From Eledone cirrhosa (lineage: Eukaryota): DNA of 64,000 nt. Position 1 is the stretch's first letter, and each line of letters begins with the position of its first letter. Shown here in pieces: positions 60,851 through 64,000 of the stretch. Under the pieces are notes generated by a model. It had not been told where the DNA came from and searched no databases. It saw only the letters and a list, made by a program, of their open reading frames with translations. Made by a program: the position numbers and the translations under genes. The stretch covers positions 31,806,001-31,870,000 of the forward strand of contig OZ024748.1 in the NCBI GenBank assembly GCA_964016885.1, in the 5' to 3' direction.

Positions 60851-61106
60851 ATATATATATATATTGTATATATAAATATATATATATATATTGTATATAT
60901 ATATATTGTATATATAAATATATATATATATATTGTATATATATATATATATATATATATTTATTGTATATATATATATATATATATTTATTGTATATAT
61001 ATATATATATTGTATATATATATATATATATATATTGTATATATATATATTGTATATATATATATATATATATATTGTATATAAATATATATATATATAT
61101 ATATTG

Positions 61107-61140
<34 letters not shown>

Positions 61141-61190
61141 ATATATATATATATTGTATATATATATATATATTGTATATATATATATAT

Positions 61191-61221
<31 letters not shown>

Positions 61222-61238
61222 TGTATATATATATATAT

Positions 61239-61274
<36 letters not shown>

Positions 61275-61286
61275 ATATATATATAT

Positions 61287-61322
<36 letters not shown>

Positions 61323-61374
61323 ATATATATATATATATTGTATATATATATATATATTGTATATATATATATAT

Positions 61375-61451
<77 letters not shown>

Positions 61452-61486
61452 ATATATATATATATATTGTATATATATATATATAT

Positions 61487-61562
<76 letters not shown>
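60781..61562. repeat. (TA)n-TTG satellite
   Basis: Direct sequence inspection. Confidence 0.9.
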
Positions 61563-61567
<5 letters not shown>

Positions 61568-61773
61568 TAAGTTAAAAATGTACATCCACATATGTATACT
61601 GAAATACTAGTATGCATATGAATACACACACGTGTACATATGTAGATGTACCGAGTTTTTCACTGGACACTTTACTGTGAGTGTCCAGCTATTCTGTATG
61701 TAAACCGGTTTTTAGAGTCATACTGGTTTTCGAGGAAACACCTTTCCTCTATTCTCCAGAAAGCCAGACAAGG

Positions 61774-61818
61774 AATATTGGACTAGTTTCGATGTTGTTA
61801 CATCTCATCAGCAATATT
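61774..61818 (-). ncRNA. Type I HHR, copy 1
   Basis: aatattg-CTGATGA-gatgt aaca acatc-GAAA-ctag-TC-caatatt. Confidence 0.88.
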
Positions 61819-62239
61819 TACCTATCTTCCGGCCTTTCTAGAGAATCGTAAAAGCACATATCGTTATATGCTTTTTCTATGAAAATTAGTAGTGGGCAGA
61901 CTAATTTGCATAGAGCGTGAGTACGTACCGGTTCAGCGGAGACGATAAAAACAAATAACGAAACGAAATTAAATTTCGTTTCGTTTGTAACTCACTTTTG
62001 TATGACTGACGCTTAAACAATTAAGTTAAAAATGTACATCCACATATGTATACTGAAATACTAGTATGCATATGAATACACACACGTGTACATATGTAGA
62101 TGTACCGAGTTTTTCACTGGACACTTTACTGTGAGTGTCCAGCTATTCTGTATGTAAACACACAGACAAACCGGTTTTTAGAGTCATACTGGTTTTCGAG
62201 GATAAACCTTTCCTCTATTCTCCAGAAAGCCAGACAAGG

Positions 62240-62284
62240 AATATTGGACTAGTTTCGATGTTGTTACATCTCATCAGCAATATT
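62240..62284 (-). ncRNA. Type I HHR, copy 2
   Basis: Identical motif 466 nt from copy 1. Confidence 0.88.
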
Positions 62285-62365
62285 TACCTATCTTCCGGCC
62301 TTTCTAGAGAATCGTAAAAGCACATATCGTTATATGCTTTCTCTAGAAAGGCCGGAAGATAGGTA

Positions 62366-62410
62366 AATATTGCTGATGAGATGTAACAACATCGAAACTA
62401 GTCCAATATT
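62366..62410 (+). ncRNA. Type I HHR, copy 3 (inverted arm)
   Basis: CTGATGA at 62373, GAAA at 62394. Confidence 0.88.
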
Positions 62411-62698
62411 CCTTGTCTGGCTTTCTGGAGAATAGAGGAAAGGTTTATCCTCGAAAACCAGTATGACTCTAAAAACCGGTTTGTCTGTGTGTTTACATAC
62501 AGAATAGCTGGACACTCACAGTAAAGTGTCCAGTGAAAAACTCGGTACATCTACATATGTACACGTGTGTGTATTCATATGCATACTAGTATTTCAGTAT
62601 ACATATGTGGATGTACATTTTTAACTTAATTGTTTAAGCGTCAGTCATACAAAAGTGAGTTACAAACGAAACGAAATTTAATTTCGTTTCGTTATTTG

Positions 62699-62854
<156 letters not shown>

Positions 62855-62879
62855 ATATATATATATATATATATATATA

Positions 62880-62923
<44 letters not shown>

Positions 62924-62946
62924 TATATATATATATATATATTGTG

Positions 62947-63010
<64 letters not shown>

Positions 63011-63114
63011 ATATATATGTATATGTATATATTGTATATATATATATATAGTGTATATATATATATATAAATATATATATATATTGTATATATATATATA
63101 TATATTGTATTTAG

Positions 63115-64000
63115 ATATATAGACGTTAATTCTAACCACCCCAAAAATATATTAGACAACCTAGTAAAAAGTGTCTCCATTAGGATATCTAGCCTCGCCG
63201 CCAATGAAGATATCTTTAGAGCAGCAGCGCCCTATTACAACGAGGCCTTGGCCCGCAGCGGCTTTAGAGATAAGATCACCTACCTTAGTATAGCCCCACG
63301 CCCACCCAGGAAGAATAGACGAAGGCACATTAGCTGGTACACCCCCCCCCCCCTCTTCAACCGCGAAGTTTCAACACCTGTACCTAAAATTTTCTTCACT
63401 CTCTTACAAAAACACTTCCCCACCCAACATAGGTACTATACTATCCTTAATAAGAATACCATTAGACTCTCTTACTCTACCACACCTAATCTAGCTAGGA
63501 ACTTAGCCAACAATAACATCAAGAAGCTAAATAAGTCTACTTTCTCCGAAGCCCATCCAGCAACCGATAGCAACTGCAATTGCCCTGATAAGACGACCTG
63601 CCCTCTCAACAACAACTGTCTAAAAAAAGATCTCGTCTATATATGCGATGTACTCTCAGGCCCCGATGAAAAAAGAAACTCGTACATTGGGATGACTTCT
63701 AATAGTGACATTCGTTCCGGCGCCCAGACAAATCTAACCAAACTACACTCGCCGCCCACATCTGGCACCTTAAAAGGAACTCCATCCCCTTCAAAACCCA
63801 ATGGAGACTACTCCAGAGAGCGCGATCCTACACGGGAGGCCATAATTGCTGTGACCTCTGTATCTCCGAGAGCTATGAGATTCTATTCGCCAAAGGCCCT
63901 CTCCTCAACAAGATCTCGGAACACTCCCCTAATTGCATGCACAAGAACTATGCAAATTACAAAAACTACAGACCCACCCGGCCCCCCCGACTGACCCCCC
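63115..64000 (+). pseudogene. 5'-truncated, frameshifted PLE related to family D (thumb plus GIY-YIG)
   Basis: [52 protein letters not shown]. Confidence 0.85.

Overview
Gene-free, extremely AT-rich animal genomic DNA. A tRNA-type SINE at 55.6 kb resembles cephalopod SINEs from memory; this is an inference. The backbone is a polar (TA)n-TTG compound satellite with 1.5-2.5 kb higher-order duplications, densely invaded by retroelements. These are one 5'-truncated RTE-type LINE, two apparently intact Penelope-like elements (PLEs; RT plus C-terminal GIY-YIG, 773 aa and 1209 aa), at least 8 truncated or decayed PLE copies from several families, solo and fold-back pseudo-LTRs, and a 466-bp non-coding retrozyme-like unit. 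Reading the non-coding DNA by eye gives about 20 type I hammerhead ribozyme (HHR) motifs from about 11 sequence families. They include non-canonical variants: 85-115 nt stem II insertions, CCGANGA/CAGAAGA cores, and a mismatched 10.1-11.1 pair. Most 3' ends join the satellite at TAT-type microhomologies. All YI/CV-rich ORFs in the track are microsatellite noise. Element boundaries are approximate to a few bases, and all RNA folds are manual.
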